Source: Geosiphon pyriformis uo1
Lineage: Eukaryota > Fungi > Glomeromycota
Length of the DNA stretch: 64,000 bases
NCBI GenBank assembly: GCA_016748015.1
Contig: JAAOMT010000595.1
Location: 190,282 to 254,281 of the forward strand
Direction: 5' to 3'
The position numbers and the translations under genes are program-made. This document shows positions 48,773-61,700 of the stretch, piece by piece. The notes beneath the pieces are model-generated. The model was given only the letters and a program-made list of their open reading frames with translations. It did no database searches and was not told the DNA's origin. Positions within the stretch are counted from its first letter, which is position 1. The number at the start of each line of letters is the position of its first letter.

Positions 48773-51400
48773 ACAGCTTCTTAGATTCTTAATTAATTTA
48801 TAAGAAAATTAAAAAATAATATTTTAGAACAAATAAAACCACAACACTCAAAAGATTTATTCTGAACTTTTATATTAATCCAAGATATTAAGTCAGTTAA
48901 AGAAAAAATTAACCACAATAAAATAGTTAATTTGAAAATAAATAGTAATAATACCAAAAAATTTGAAAACAAAATCACTCAACTTAAAGAGAAATTATTT
49001 CAGAAAATAGAAAATTATCTTATTAATACTAAACTCTAAGCACTAAACCAATATTAATTATTATAACAGCAAAACCAAACATTTTTTCAAGATTGTAGCT
49101 ATCAAAACCAAAGTAAAAATTAACAAAATATACTTATATATTATTATTGCCAAAAATGTGGACATATTAAAGCCAAATATTAATTACTATAGTTCTATTA
49201 AAACTTACAAAAAAACAATTTATGAAATCTACTTTTTAATAATCAATACATAATATTTTAGAATTAATATTTAATACCAATTCAATAGCATTCTTAGTAA
49301 TAACTATTATAACAACAAAATCTGGTTCAATCACAATATTTAGTTCTATTATAATAATCATAACAATTACCAATTTCCAGATTATATTCTTAAAACTTAA
49401 ATTGAAAATAATATTACTTATTTCCAAATTCAAATTTTTTGGATTAACCAATAATAAATATAATAATTTTACAAAATTTGAATTAAAATAAAATAATACA
49501 TCTATATATTATCAACAAACATTTTTTAACTTATTAAAACTATTGAATTTTTATAATATAATATTTTATAAAGATCAAAATATATGTACTATTAAAAGTT
49601 TTGTCATTAATATTTATAGAAGCATTAGTATAATTTTTTCTATTATTATTACTAATAATAAAATCCTAACAACCATATTTTTTTTAATTTTGAGAAAAAA
49701 AAATCTACTTTTTTCATATTCAATAGAGTTGTACTAAATAAAAATAAATCAATTATTGTTATATATATTAAGGCAAAAGTAAATAGTATATTAATTAAAC
49801 TAATTTTAGATAATAGATCAATAAAAAGCATTATTACTTTTTAATTAATAAACCAATTAAGTCAATAAATTAATAAGAATATCAATACTCTTATTATTAT
49901 TGCCAATAGAACCAAAAAAATATTGATTAAAAAAATTTTTTTTTTTTTGACATAAATAGAATAATTATTTCTATTAAAGTATTAGTTATAGATATAACTC
50001 AATATTAAACACTAGTTAAAAATGATTAATTAAAAAAAACAAATATTATTTTGAATTAGTTAATTCAAAAATTACAGCTAATATATTAAAAACAATACAC
50101 AAAAGTACTTATTATGTGTAAATATTTTAAAATTTTCAACACAAATAATTCATTCCAGTTTAAATTTAAAGAAACATTAAAGATAATATTATCAAAACAT
50201 ATTAAATTATATAAAACAAGAATGATTATAAAAAACTACTATCTGTTTTTATGTAGAATAACAAAATTTTTAATACTATATTATTTTACTTTTCTTATTT
50301 TTAATATTACTAAAATCACTAACCAAGACTATAATATTTAATTTGTTAAAAAAAACTATCTTTTATAATTGTTTATATCATTTTACATAAAGATAATTAA
50401 TAGACTACTTACTATTATTATAACTAATATTATAAAAAAATGCACAAATATCCAAAATAATCAGGAAAATAAGATAAAACTTTTTGTATTACTTGTGTAA
50501 AATTTTATTCAATAAATACAATTGGATTAATATATAATTTAGAAAAGCTATATGTGATCTTATTTATTAATATACTGTTTTTATAACTAATTAGATAAGA
50601 AAAAAATTTTTTTTTGATGCTATTTATAATAAAGTTTTCAATTACATATATTATTATCTAAATAATACTAAACAACTATATAATATAGTTAAAACAAATA
50701 TACAAAATAGAACAGCTAAAGAAATTTAAAATTCAAAAACATTTTAAAAAAATTGCCAAGTACAATTTTTTAAACTTTTTACAAAAATTTCAAGATTATT
50801 ATCAAAAACTTTATTTAACATAAAAAAAACAAAAACAATATCTTGTACAGATTAATACTTATCTGTATAAAAATTGCTTAATCTTTTATTAATTACAATA
50901 GTGTTTTAATTATTAATTCTAGTTTAAACTATTAGAGAAAACAATTTAACTTGAAAATTATTTAGACTTTAAAACATAAAACAAAACTTTATAAACATTA
51001 AAAATATTAGCAAATAACTTATATGTTTTATTAATTTTCAACAAGAACTAAATATTAAATATTTTTTTAATAATAACCAAAAAATTCTATCATAACAAGG
51101 ATATTTAAATAATATTAAATTTAATTTTTAATATCTTAGAAATTAAACACTAATATTAGAATCTTTTGTTATTATTACAATTAATCTAAAAATAGTATTT
51201 AAAATACCAACTGAAACTATAGTACAAATAATTCCTTAATTTAGCTTAACCAGAAAAAAAATCTATATTAAAAAAATTATAGATTTTAAACACATAGAAA
51301 ATTTTATAGTTCTATTACACAATAAATTAAACTGATCATATATAATTAAATCAAAAAAAATTACATAAGGAATTTTTTTATCTTTATTTTGAATTAACAA

Positions 51401-52312
51401 TATTACAAATGATTATTTGGGATGTGAATACAAATAAAAAACTTATAACTTAGTGCTTAATAGCTTATTAATAATAGTAATATCTGAAGATTTTTTGTAA
51501 TTTGAAGATTTTGGTTGAATCCTTTGTATAATAAACAGAGATTTAATAGTAGTTTTAATACCTTCTTGAAAGTGTATTCTGTGAATTTTTTTCTTAGCTT
51601 GATGGCTGGTTTTTCTTAATAAGCTATTCTCAAATTCTAAGTTTCTACCCTTATTTTTGGGTCTTTTACCAGTTTTTTTTGATGTCAATAACTTCATACA
51701 TTAATTCTTTAATCAGTTAGTTAACAACAAAAAAATAAAAAAAAATAAAAAAATAAGAAATTAGTATTCCATTAATAGCCATAATTAAGAGCTATTAATT
51801 CAGTATAGTTAAGTATTAAGTTTTATCAACATGAAGTGTTGATAGAATGGAAGTGATTAATATTTTTTAATTAAATAACAATAATATAGATTTAGGTAAT
51901 AATTGATATTTTTATTAATATGTAACTTGATTTTACTTTAAGTTTTAGAAAACTATTTTTTGAAGAAAGAAGTATTAAATAATTAATTTATTGTGAATAT
52001 TGATTCTAAACTGAATTCTGTTTTTTTTGCTTTTAATACTTTTACTATATATACATACTTAATATTATATAAGATTTCTTAGATTCCTTTAATTTTTTTA
52101 GTCAAGAATCTTGAAATTTCTGAAATTTTGTAATTCTTTAAAAGAAATCCTGAAATTTTTAAAATTCTGTAATTCTTTAAAAAGAATTCTAAAATTTCTG
52201 GAATCTTGTGATTTCTTAAGAAAAATCCTGAAATTTTTTTTTTTTACTATGTCTAATTCTAATTGGCTACCTTATTTTTTTATTAAGAATTCCTAAATTT
52301 TTATGAGTAACA
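51401..52312 (-). mobile_element. Solo LTR, family-1 variant (912 bp), TSD ACAA/ACAG, inserted in the dUTPase of element B
   Basis: TATTAC (decayed TGTTAC)...GTAACA ends; left half homologous to the A LTRs; no PBS or PPT next to it; dUTPase motif 5 resumes after it. Confidence 0.9.
52085..52235. repeat. ~39-40 bp tandem repeat (about 3.5 units) in U3 of the solo LTR
   Basis: aagaatcttgaaatttctgaaattttgtaattctttaaa repeated with transition differences. Confidence 0.8.
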
Positions 52313-55146
52313 ACAGATTAATTATTACCAAGATTTAAAAAAAACTAAAAAAGACCAAATATAAAATCCAAAGTTTTGGTTCTATGAAAACAGTCACTCT
52401 ACTTATTAATTATGTAAAAATAATACAGAAAAACTTGGAAATAATTTGAAATGATAGAATAATTACAATTTCATTCTTTAAAACATATTTATTTAATATA
52501 TATAAAAAAGCAATAGAAAAAAATTTTATTTAAATCTTATGCTTTTTTTTGTAAACAATTTCTAATTGGTCTTACTAATCTGTATATATTATATTATAGC
52601 TACTTATAAATAAAAATACCTATTTACAATCTATCTAAGAAAACTATATACTTATTTAAAAATACAATCTTAAAATATTTGAGTACAGATATTACTAATT
52701 AACATAAATTCTAAGAAATTTTTGACTTTTTCCAATTGATATTATATTGTAAAACTGAATTAATTCTATTAAAGCCAAATACTAAAAACTATCAAATAAC
52801 TAGTAAAGAATTAATTTAATTTAATCTTGAATTATTAAACTCTGTTTAACAAAAACAATTAAAAGCACTTATTTTAAAATATTCAGATATTTTTGCCAAA
52901 AAAAATGAGTTTGATTAAATCAACTTGGTTTATTATTAGATTTATACAAATAATAAATTACTCATTAAATAATATACTTATTGAATACCACTGTTTAAAT
53001 ATAATTTTATAAAAAAAAAAATTAATTAAATATTAAAAAATAAATTTATATAATTTTTTATGAATCTATAATCTTTATTTGTCATATTAGTTCAAAAAAA
53101 ATCAGATTTTGTATTAACTATAAGAAACTTAATAATATTACAAAAAAAAATGTTTATTTTTTATTATAAATTAATAAAATTTTAAATATTTTAGATAAAT
53201 TCAAATGGTTTTTAATCTTGAATCTTGCTAATAAATATTGACAAGTAGTTATGAATTTTAATAACTAAAAAAAAACTATCTTTACAATTTAAAATAGCAA
53301 TTACAAATTTAATATAATGTTATCCAAATTAACTAATGCTTTCATAATATTTTAAAGACTAATTAATATTGTCTATTTCAAAATCTTGTAAAAATCAATT
53401 ATGATTTATTTAGATAACACAAACATATTTTTTTTAATATTTAAAAACCATCTCAAACATTTGCAACAAGTCTTTAAAAAACTTTGAACTGTTAGATTAA
53501 AACTTAATCTTAAAAAATACTTTTTTAAAAAATCACAACTCACTTTTTTAGAACACATAATTAGAAAAAATAAAATAAAATTTAATTCTGCAAAAATTGA
53601 AAAAGTTAAAAATTTTTTTTGTTTTTAAAATTTGATTGAACTTCAAAATTTTTAAAACTTGTCTTATATTATTAAAAATTTATAAAAAATTTTTCAATAA
53701 TGGCCTAATTTTTAAATCAATTATTAGCTAAAAATACAAAATGAAAATAAAGTAAAAGCAAAAACAAGTATTTAATTATCTGAAGCAAAGACTTATTAAA
53801 GTCTCAATTTTGGTATACTCTGACTTTACTAAGAAATTTATACTTATAACTAATGTCTTTAAAACAAATTTGAGTGTTATTCTATTATAATAGAATAAAA
53901 AAAAAACACATAATTATATATATTAATAAAAGCTTAAACATAGTTGAAAAAAATTATGCTGTCTATAAAATTAAATATCTTATAATTATATAAGCTGTAA
54001 AATATTTTTGACAATATTTATTATATAATCTCTTTAATATTATTACAGATCACAAAAGTTTTATCTGACTAATAAACAAAAACTCATTGAAAAGATGTTA
54101 TATTAGATAGATTACTTTATTACAACTTTATATATACAATATTATTTATAAAAAGAGAACCAAAAACACCAATACAGACTGCTTATTTCAAATAAAACAT
54201 ACATGATTACCAAAAATTATCAATAATTCAATCAAAATAAATACTAAAACATATCAATATCTAATATATTATCTTATAATTTTCTAATTATTAATGAAAT
54301 TATTACTGAAAAAACAAACAAAAATCCAGAAACAAGCTAAATACTATTTGATTGAAAATAATATACTATATTAATATTATCAATATAATTTACTCAAAAT
54401 AATTATTGAAAATAAAAAAAAATTATTTTTTATAATATGTACTTGAATTTGAACACAAAATATTTTGCAAAAGAAGTTATAATTTAATAGACAACTAGTT
54501 TATACAACTGGTTAAAGATACAAACTGATATTATTTAATACATTTATAATTGCAATATATGTTAAAAAAAAAAGAATTAAAAATAACTAAATTACTAAAA
54601 TCTATTAAATAAGAAAACTATTTAATAAATTAGGAATTGATCTAGTAAAATCATTAACTATTATTATTAGAAAAAATTAAAATATTATAGTTATTATGAA
54701 TTATTTAACAAAATAACTAGAAAAAAAAGTTATTAAAACTGCAGATACTAAATTAATTGTTGATTTTATATAAAAAATTAATTTGTAAATATAACTACTC
54801 AAAAAAGCTATTTTCAGATCAAAAAACCCACTTTGTAAATAATTTGTCTACTAAAATCAACTAATATTTTAAGATAAAACAATCTTTTTTGTTATCTTAT
54901 TATTTACAGATAAATGAATTAATAAAATATTTTAATAGAACACTATGCAAATCACTTGTAAAAATAAGTAATAAAATAGAACAAAAATAGGACTTAATTA
55001 TTTTTTTAGTTTTATTGGCTTATTGAATACTAAAATAAGATACTGTAAAATTTACACTATTTAAATTAGCGTATAAAAAAAATGCTATATTACTAATAAA
55101 ATTAATAATAAATAAAAGCAACTTATAAAAAATTATTAAAAAACAG

Positions 55147-58100
55147 TATTACAAATAATTATTTAAGATGTTAGAACAAATAACAAATCTGTAACTTGAT
55201 GCTTAATAGTTGTTAAGAATAGTAATTTCTAAAAGTCTTTGTAATCTAAAAGTTTTAAAGTCTAAAAGTTTTGGTTAAGTTTTTTGTATAATAGACAGAA
55301 ATTTAATTAATGGTTTTTTTCTGTGAATTTTTTTTTAACATAATAACTGGTTTATTTTAATAGTTATTTTTTTCTAGTAAGCTATCTTTAAATTTTTTTA
55401 CTTTTGTTTTACAGATTTTTTATTAGACTATTCTTAATATTAATTACTTAGTACTTAATTTTTTAATTAATTAGTAATAACAAAAAAAATAAAACAAAAA
55501 AAAATAAAAAAAATAAAAAAAAATAAAAAAATTAATATTCTATTAATAGCCATAATCAAGAGCTATTAGTTCTGTATAATTAAGTATTAAATTCTATCAA
55601 CATGGATTGTTAATAATATAGAATAAATTAATATTTTTTAATTAAATAATAATAATATGAATTGAATAATAATAAGTATTTTTATTAATATGAATATAAT
55701 TTTACTTCAAATTATAAAAAACTATCTTTTGAAAAAAAAGGTATTATATAATTATTTATCTTTAGCTATTATTTTTTCTAACTGTTCTGTCTATTTTGAA
55801 TGCTTTTTTTTGCTTTTAATACTTTTATTATATATATAATTCATCTTATATAAGATTTCTTAAAAATTTTTAATTTTTTTAAAAAGAAATCTTAGAATTT
55901 TTTTTTTACTATGTTTCTTTCTTATTGGCTATTTTTCTATTTATTATGATTCTTATTTCTATAAGTAATATTATTCTCTTCTTTTAATATTAAGCTCTAT
56001 TAAAATCTTTCAAATCTTTTAGCTTTTTTAATTCTTCTTTTTAAATTAATTTTATTACTTTTTTTTCTAGAATTACTTAGACAATTTTGGTCTGTAATTC
56101 TTCAAATTGGACATTGGTAATTTTTTTTAATTGATTAATAGTTATAGTATTTATTATTAGGTGTAACAGTATTTCTAAATGGTCTTAAAATTCTACTTGT
56201 AATTAGTATATTGTTTATGTTTATGTAAATAGATTATTTTTCTTTACAAATTATTTTATTAATTGTAATATTGTTATGTCAAATATCTGTCTTGTCTTAT
56301 TTATATACAAGTTTTAAATATTGAGCTTTTGTTCTAAGTAATAATAGCAAAAGTTTTTAGAAAATTATTATGTTTACTATTTTCAATTTTTTTTTATTGA
56401 TTTTTTATATAGTATTATTGTCTTTGGTGTTTTTAATAATATTTTTACTTTTGTTATTATATTATTTAGTATGTTTTTAGATTTTATGTATACTCTATAT
56501 TGTATTTTATATTAGAGTTTTAGTTTTTTTTTGTTTTTTGTATTGTATAATTTGTTAATTAATTGTAATTTCCATGTTTAGTTTTTAATATTTAATAAGT
56601 TGAAATAATTATTGAACTAGAAAGTAAATATTGTCTGTAATCTTCATTTTTTCTATTGTTTTTGTTATACATATTGGTTTTTTATATATTGTTCTAGTAG
56701 ATTAATTTAATATGTTTGTATTAATAAATATAATTAGTTCTAAATCTTGTAGAATCTTATCTGGTTGAATTAATATTTGTTGTACTTTCAGTTATAGAAT
56801 ATTACTAATAAATGATAATATTATATTGTAATATAATTTTAGTTGATTATTATATACTGCTTTAGTTAAGATTTTGTTGTTTTATTTTAACTTATATGCT
56901 CTATTTTTTAGAATTTTTTTAATATAAAATAAACTGTTTTATTTGGAGTTAACTTTTTTACTCTATTGTTTTTCTACTTTAATACAATATAAAAGTACTT
57001 TGTCTTTAATTTTGAATTCAACTAGTTTATTTAGTAATTAGTTATTGTGTTATTTTTTTTGTTTTTCTTGTAACTTTTATATATTATCAGTTGTTTTTCA
57101 CTTTTTGTTTCTAGAGTTTTTATTAAGTCATATGTTCTTTTCAGCAATGTTTTTTGAAAGTTAGCTTCTGTTATTGGTTTAGCTGAATATGTATTAATTT
57201 TTTTCTAACTGATAATATTGCTGTTATAACATAGACTAGTTCAAATAGTATTGTTTATATAGTATCTTGCTTCATTATATAATAAGCAAATAATACTAAT
57301 AATATAAACAAATTTTATTTATTCTGGTTTTTTTGGCTAATCTTGGCTATTACTTTATATAATATTCTGTTAAATTTTTCAATTAAACCATTTATTTATG
57401 AGTGATATAATAATAATAATGGTTTCTTAACTCCAAATTTTTGACTTAATTTTGTCAATATTCTATTTACAAAATAGGTTTTTTGGACTAATAACAATTT
57501 TTTTGAAAATTTATGTTGACAAATCAAATTTTAATATACAAATTCAGCTATGAATTTTGCATTTGCTTTTTAAATTGTTTTAGCTTTTAGCTATTTTGTA
57601 AAATAATTTATAGTTACTGTTATTTATTGGTTGTTTTTGTTAATTATAGTTAATAGTCTAACTAAATCAATTCTAATCCAATTAAATAGTTGTTTTACTT
57701 TAATTAGTTTTAATGGTTTATTAAGTTTTGTTCTTTTTCTTCTTTAATAAACATTACAATTTTAAATATATTAGATAATATCTGAATCTATTGATAACCA
57801 ATAATTTTTTTTTCTGGTTTTATTATTACTTTGAGTGGTTGAGTTGGATTTTTTTAGTTTTTCTAATATAATATATTTTAATAAATGATAAATATTTTGA
57901 TTGTTGTTTTATGTGGTTTTGTTTTTTTTAAGATAATTTTTCTTAAACTGTTAAGTATTAATATAATGTTGAAATTGTTAATATTTTTGTATATTTATCT
58001 TTTGTTATATTTTTGGATTGAAATATTTTTATATTTGTTTTATTTGTAACAAGTTGTAAATATTTTTGTTTTTTTTTATAGTATACTATATAATTAAATT

Positions 58101-60010
58101 ATAAAAGTTTTATTTTTTATCTTGTATGACAATTGTTTCCAAATTTTTGCTTTTAAATTGATGTTAATTTTTTGTAATCAGTATACATATTAAACTTCTG
58201 ATTCAAATATTTTTTCTATTTAATAACAGCCTAATAAATAGCTAAATATTCTAACATTAAAATTTCATAATTTTTTCAGCTAAACTTAAACTTTGGTTGG
58301 CATATATCACTAAATGTTTTTATTTATTGGCTCTTTTTTGTAATAATACTGTTTCTAATGCTTGATCAAATACATTAATGATAATAATAAATGTTAATTC
58401 AGCTCTTCTTAACTTTTTAAACACTTATTAAAGATAATAAAAATGGTTATCAAATGTCTTAAAAAATACATTAGTGTTATTCAAATAGACTACTACTGAT
58501 TTTTATAGTAATTCTATGTAGACAATTTTCATTAGCCATTAAAAGGTAGCTGGAACATTAATTAAGTCAAAAAACATAACATTAAATTCAAAGTTCTCTT
58601 CTCTAATAATAAATGCTGTTTTTTTTTTGTCTGCTAAATTTATGATTATTTGTCAATAACTACTATCTAAATTTAATATTAAGAATCATTTTTTTTCTTC
58701 AAAAATATCAAATAGTTTTTAGATTTGTAGAATAAAATAACTGTTTCTACAAGTAATATTATTGAGTTTTTTATAATTCACATAAAAACAGATCTTTTTA
58801 TTCTTTTTTTGAACAATTATTACTGATAATAATTATAAACTCATTGATAATTAAATTAACTTATTGTCTAACATATGATTAATTTTTTAATAAATAATTT
58901 TATGACTGGTAGGTAATATTTGGTATGCTTTTTATTTGATTAATATTGTATTTCCAGTTTTAATCTGGTGTTGAATAATATTAGTTCTGCCAAACTTATT
59001 TTACATGCAAAAATGTTGATAAAATTGTTAAGTAATAGCTTAAGTTGTATATATTAAAGTAAGTCTAAGTTTTCCAAGTTTATTTGCTCCAATTGTTTTG
59101 ATTATAGCAAATAATATTTTTTTTATTCATAAATTGTCTGTAATATAATGTTTACATATCTACAAAGTTGTAGAAAATCTGAAATAGTAGTTGGTGCTTG
59201 ATTTTTAACTTCAATACTTAAGTATTTAATAATAATTCTGTTTGGTATTTCTATTAAATTTCTAATTATATTGTGTATTGAAATTTTAATGTGTTTATAA
59301 TTCTTGGTTAATATGTAAAAATTAGTGATGGCAATTTCTTCTAATTTACAAATGATAAAGTTTATTTTAAAAATCTAGGATTAATTTTTTATTTGCTTTT
59401 TTATAGTCAATATATGCTAATTATATAATAAAATAGAAATTAATTGTTTTTTTTTATTATATTAACTGATATCTCTATTCTACTCATAGATCCAAATTTA
59501 TTTATTCCTTTTACTATAATTCTTAACTCTTTTTTCATTTTTACTAACACTAACTGAGCTATTTTTATTAGAGGTAAAAATATTGTTTATGCTATTTTTT
59601 CATTTGGTTTAATAATATATACTTTTTTTGATTTGTTTTATAGCATTGCAATAATATTTTTTACATATTTTGCATCAATAATTTTTCTTCTAATATTGAT
59701 TTTTTTTATTAAACTAAATATTAATTGGATTATTATTGTCAAAATTTTCAGTGCTATTTTTAAATTTATACTAGTACATAAATGAAGTTTTAATCTAATT
59801 GTAGTTTTTTTGGAATATTTGAGATCAAACTTTATATCAGTATTATATATACATTTTGATATTATATTTTTATTATTATTATTGAATAATTTAAGTTTTT
59901 GTTTCTTAGAAAGATCTGAAAACATAATATATTGTTTGGAATTTTCATTAAAATTTGAATTGTTGTTATTATTATTGTTATTATAAACAGAGTAGAATTA
60001 TTGTTGTTAT
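55147..60010 (-). mobile_element. Ty3/Gypsy element C (family 1), 3' half: 3' LTR 55147-55970, PPT, ORF3, IN, RNase H, RT with internal deletion, dUTPase ~59480-59880
   Basis: Collinear with element A 37819-44180 minus its solo LTR; VVVYLNNTNVF, GLIEKFNRIL, IIDAKYVKNI, KFGSM. Confidence 0.9.
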
Positions 60011-61019
60011 TGTTACAAGAATTTTTGGTGTTTTTTCTTAAATGTTATTAATATTTGTTTGTTGTCAATTTACAATTACTAAAAGCTAATAAACTTTTGA
60101 TAATTGAATTTATCTTCAAATTATCTTCTATAATTTAAATTACTAGGCTTATAAGTAGAATAATTAATTTTATGCCAGTTACTTGATATATTTACTTTGT
60201 AGTAAAAGTCAATTCTTTCTCAGAAATTACTTATTTGAAAGCTTACTAAAAATGTATAGTTATTTTGTTGTAAAAGTTAACTTTTTCTTAGAAATTGTTT
60301 GTTTAGAAGCTCACTAAAAATGTGTAGTTACTTTGCTATAAAAGTCAACTTTTTTACAAGAATTTTGTTTGTAGACTATTTTAATGCTTTTAATAAAAAA
60401 AATAAAAAAAATAAAAAAAAGTAAAAAAATTGTTTTCTATTCAAGCTTGAAATTATTAACAAATTACTGAAATTAGTAGCTAGTTAATTTCAAAATATTA
60501 GTTAAATTTTTGGGGAATGTCAAGTGTAATTATTTTAAGAATTGGTTTTCAAAATATTTTTTTTATTTTGAATTATACTAATAAGAATAAATTTAAAGTA
60601 AAATATCTATAGTAAGATATATTTTCTTAAAGAAAAAAGCTCTTTTTTTATACAATTTGTATAGTACTAATCTATAAACTTGAACTTTTTTTTTTGCTAT
60701 GATTTAAATGAACTAAAGATATATTTTAATAAGCTACAAGTTATTTCGACAAATTATTAATTTTTTAGTGCATTATCTATTATTTTAGCAAATTTCTTAC
60801 AAATTTTGGCAAATTCTTAAATATTACATAGTTCAGAGTATTATGTAATTTGATTATTCTTATTTCTATTATACAAATTGAATTATTAATTAAATAGTAA
60901 TATTTGATATTTTAATTAAGTAATAAGTAATAATTGAAATAATATTAATATAGCTAATTAATAATAGAATTATAAAAATAATTTCATGCTAAATAATAGC
61001 TAAAATTTTATTAATAACA
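60011..61019 (-). repeat. 3' LTR of a family-2 LTR element (1009 bp)
   Basis: Reverse complement aligns with 42775-43745; followed by PPT-like TTGAGGAAAAAATTA (minus strand, 61020-61034). Confidence 0.88.
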
Positions 61020-61700
61020 TAATTTTTTCCTCAAGACTAAGCTATGTTAAAGTCCAAGCATTATTTGTAATATTGAGATAGTAATCCAAAATAATTGAAG
61101 TAATTTGGTTTGAAAATTGTTGAAATTTTAGTTTTGTGAGTTTGCCAATATATTAAATCTTCATTAGTTGGAGTATTGGGTTTTGTAAGATGTTTTTACA
61201 AATATTGAATAGATTATAGAATCTAAGAATTGCTTTAAGTTTGTAATAAGTATTTGTTAGTTTAGCTGCTATCTTGAATTTATTGTAAATTTGTTTTTGT
61301 ATTACTTTAAGAATGAGATTTGTTGTTTTAAGCTTTAGTTTTTGTTCATAAAGTATTTTTCTAATATAAAAATATCTAAAAATAAGGGTATATTCATGGC
61401 TTTGTTTATTAAAATACAGTTAAAACTTTTGTTGAATTGTGATATTTGGTAAAATGTTAATAGAAATAAATAAAAAGTTTTTTTTTAAAGCTTGTTTTAA
61501 AATTTCTGGTAATTGAATTACAGAATAATTTTTTATATTTTTTTTATAAAAGTAATAATTTTGAAAATTACTTACTATTAGCTTATAGTTTCTTTTTAAG
61601 TGTAATTAATTTAACTTTTGTTGATTATTATGAATAAGTTAGAAAGTATTTTAAGAGAATAAAAAACATTTTCAATTATAGTTACTTTCTTAATAAATAT
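61020..61700 (-). mobile_element. Probable decayed internal 3' region of the family-2 element; extent unknown
   Basis: PPT abuts the LTR and element C sequence does not resume; no protein motif recognised. Confidence 0.45.

Larger units (their letters stand above)
48773..55146 (+). mobile_element. Ty3/Gypsy element B, strongly decayed internal region (gag C-terminus, PR, spacer, dUTPase, RT, RNase H, integrase core), truncated at both ends by other insertions
   Basis: YYCQKCGHIKAKY (~49142), IKLILDNRS (~49790), dUTPase ~51080-52390 ending IQSFGSM, FCINYKKLN, YLDNTNIF (~53407), FLEHII, ITDHKSL, KLGIDLV, FSDQKTHF, FNRTLC. Confidence 0.88.

Noticed and set aside
60011-61034. Family-2 element as Ty1/Copia because of the TTGAGG-type PPT
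   Set aside because: The 4-bp TSD and absence of any recognisable Copia RNase H end argue against it; superfamily left unassigned.
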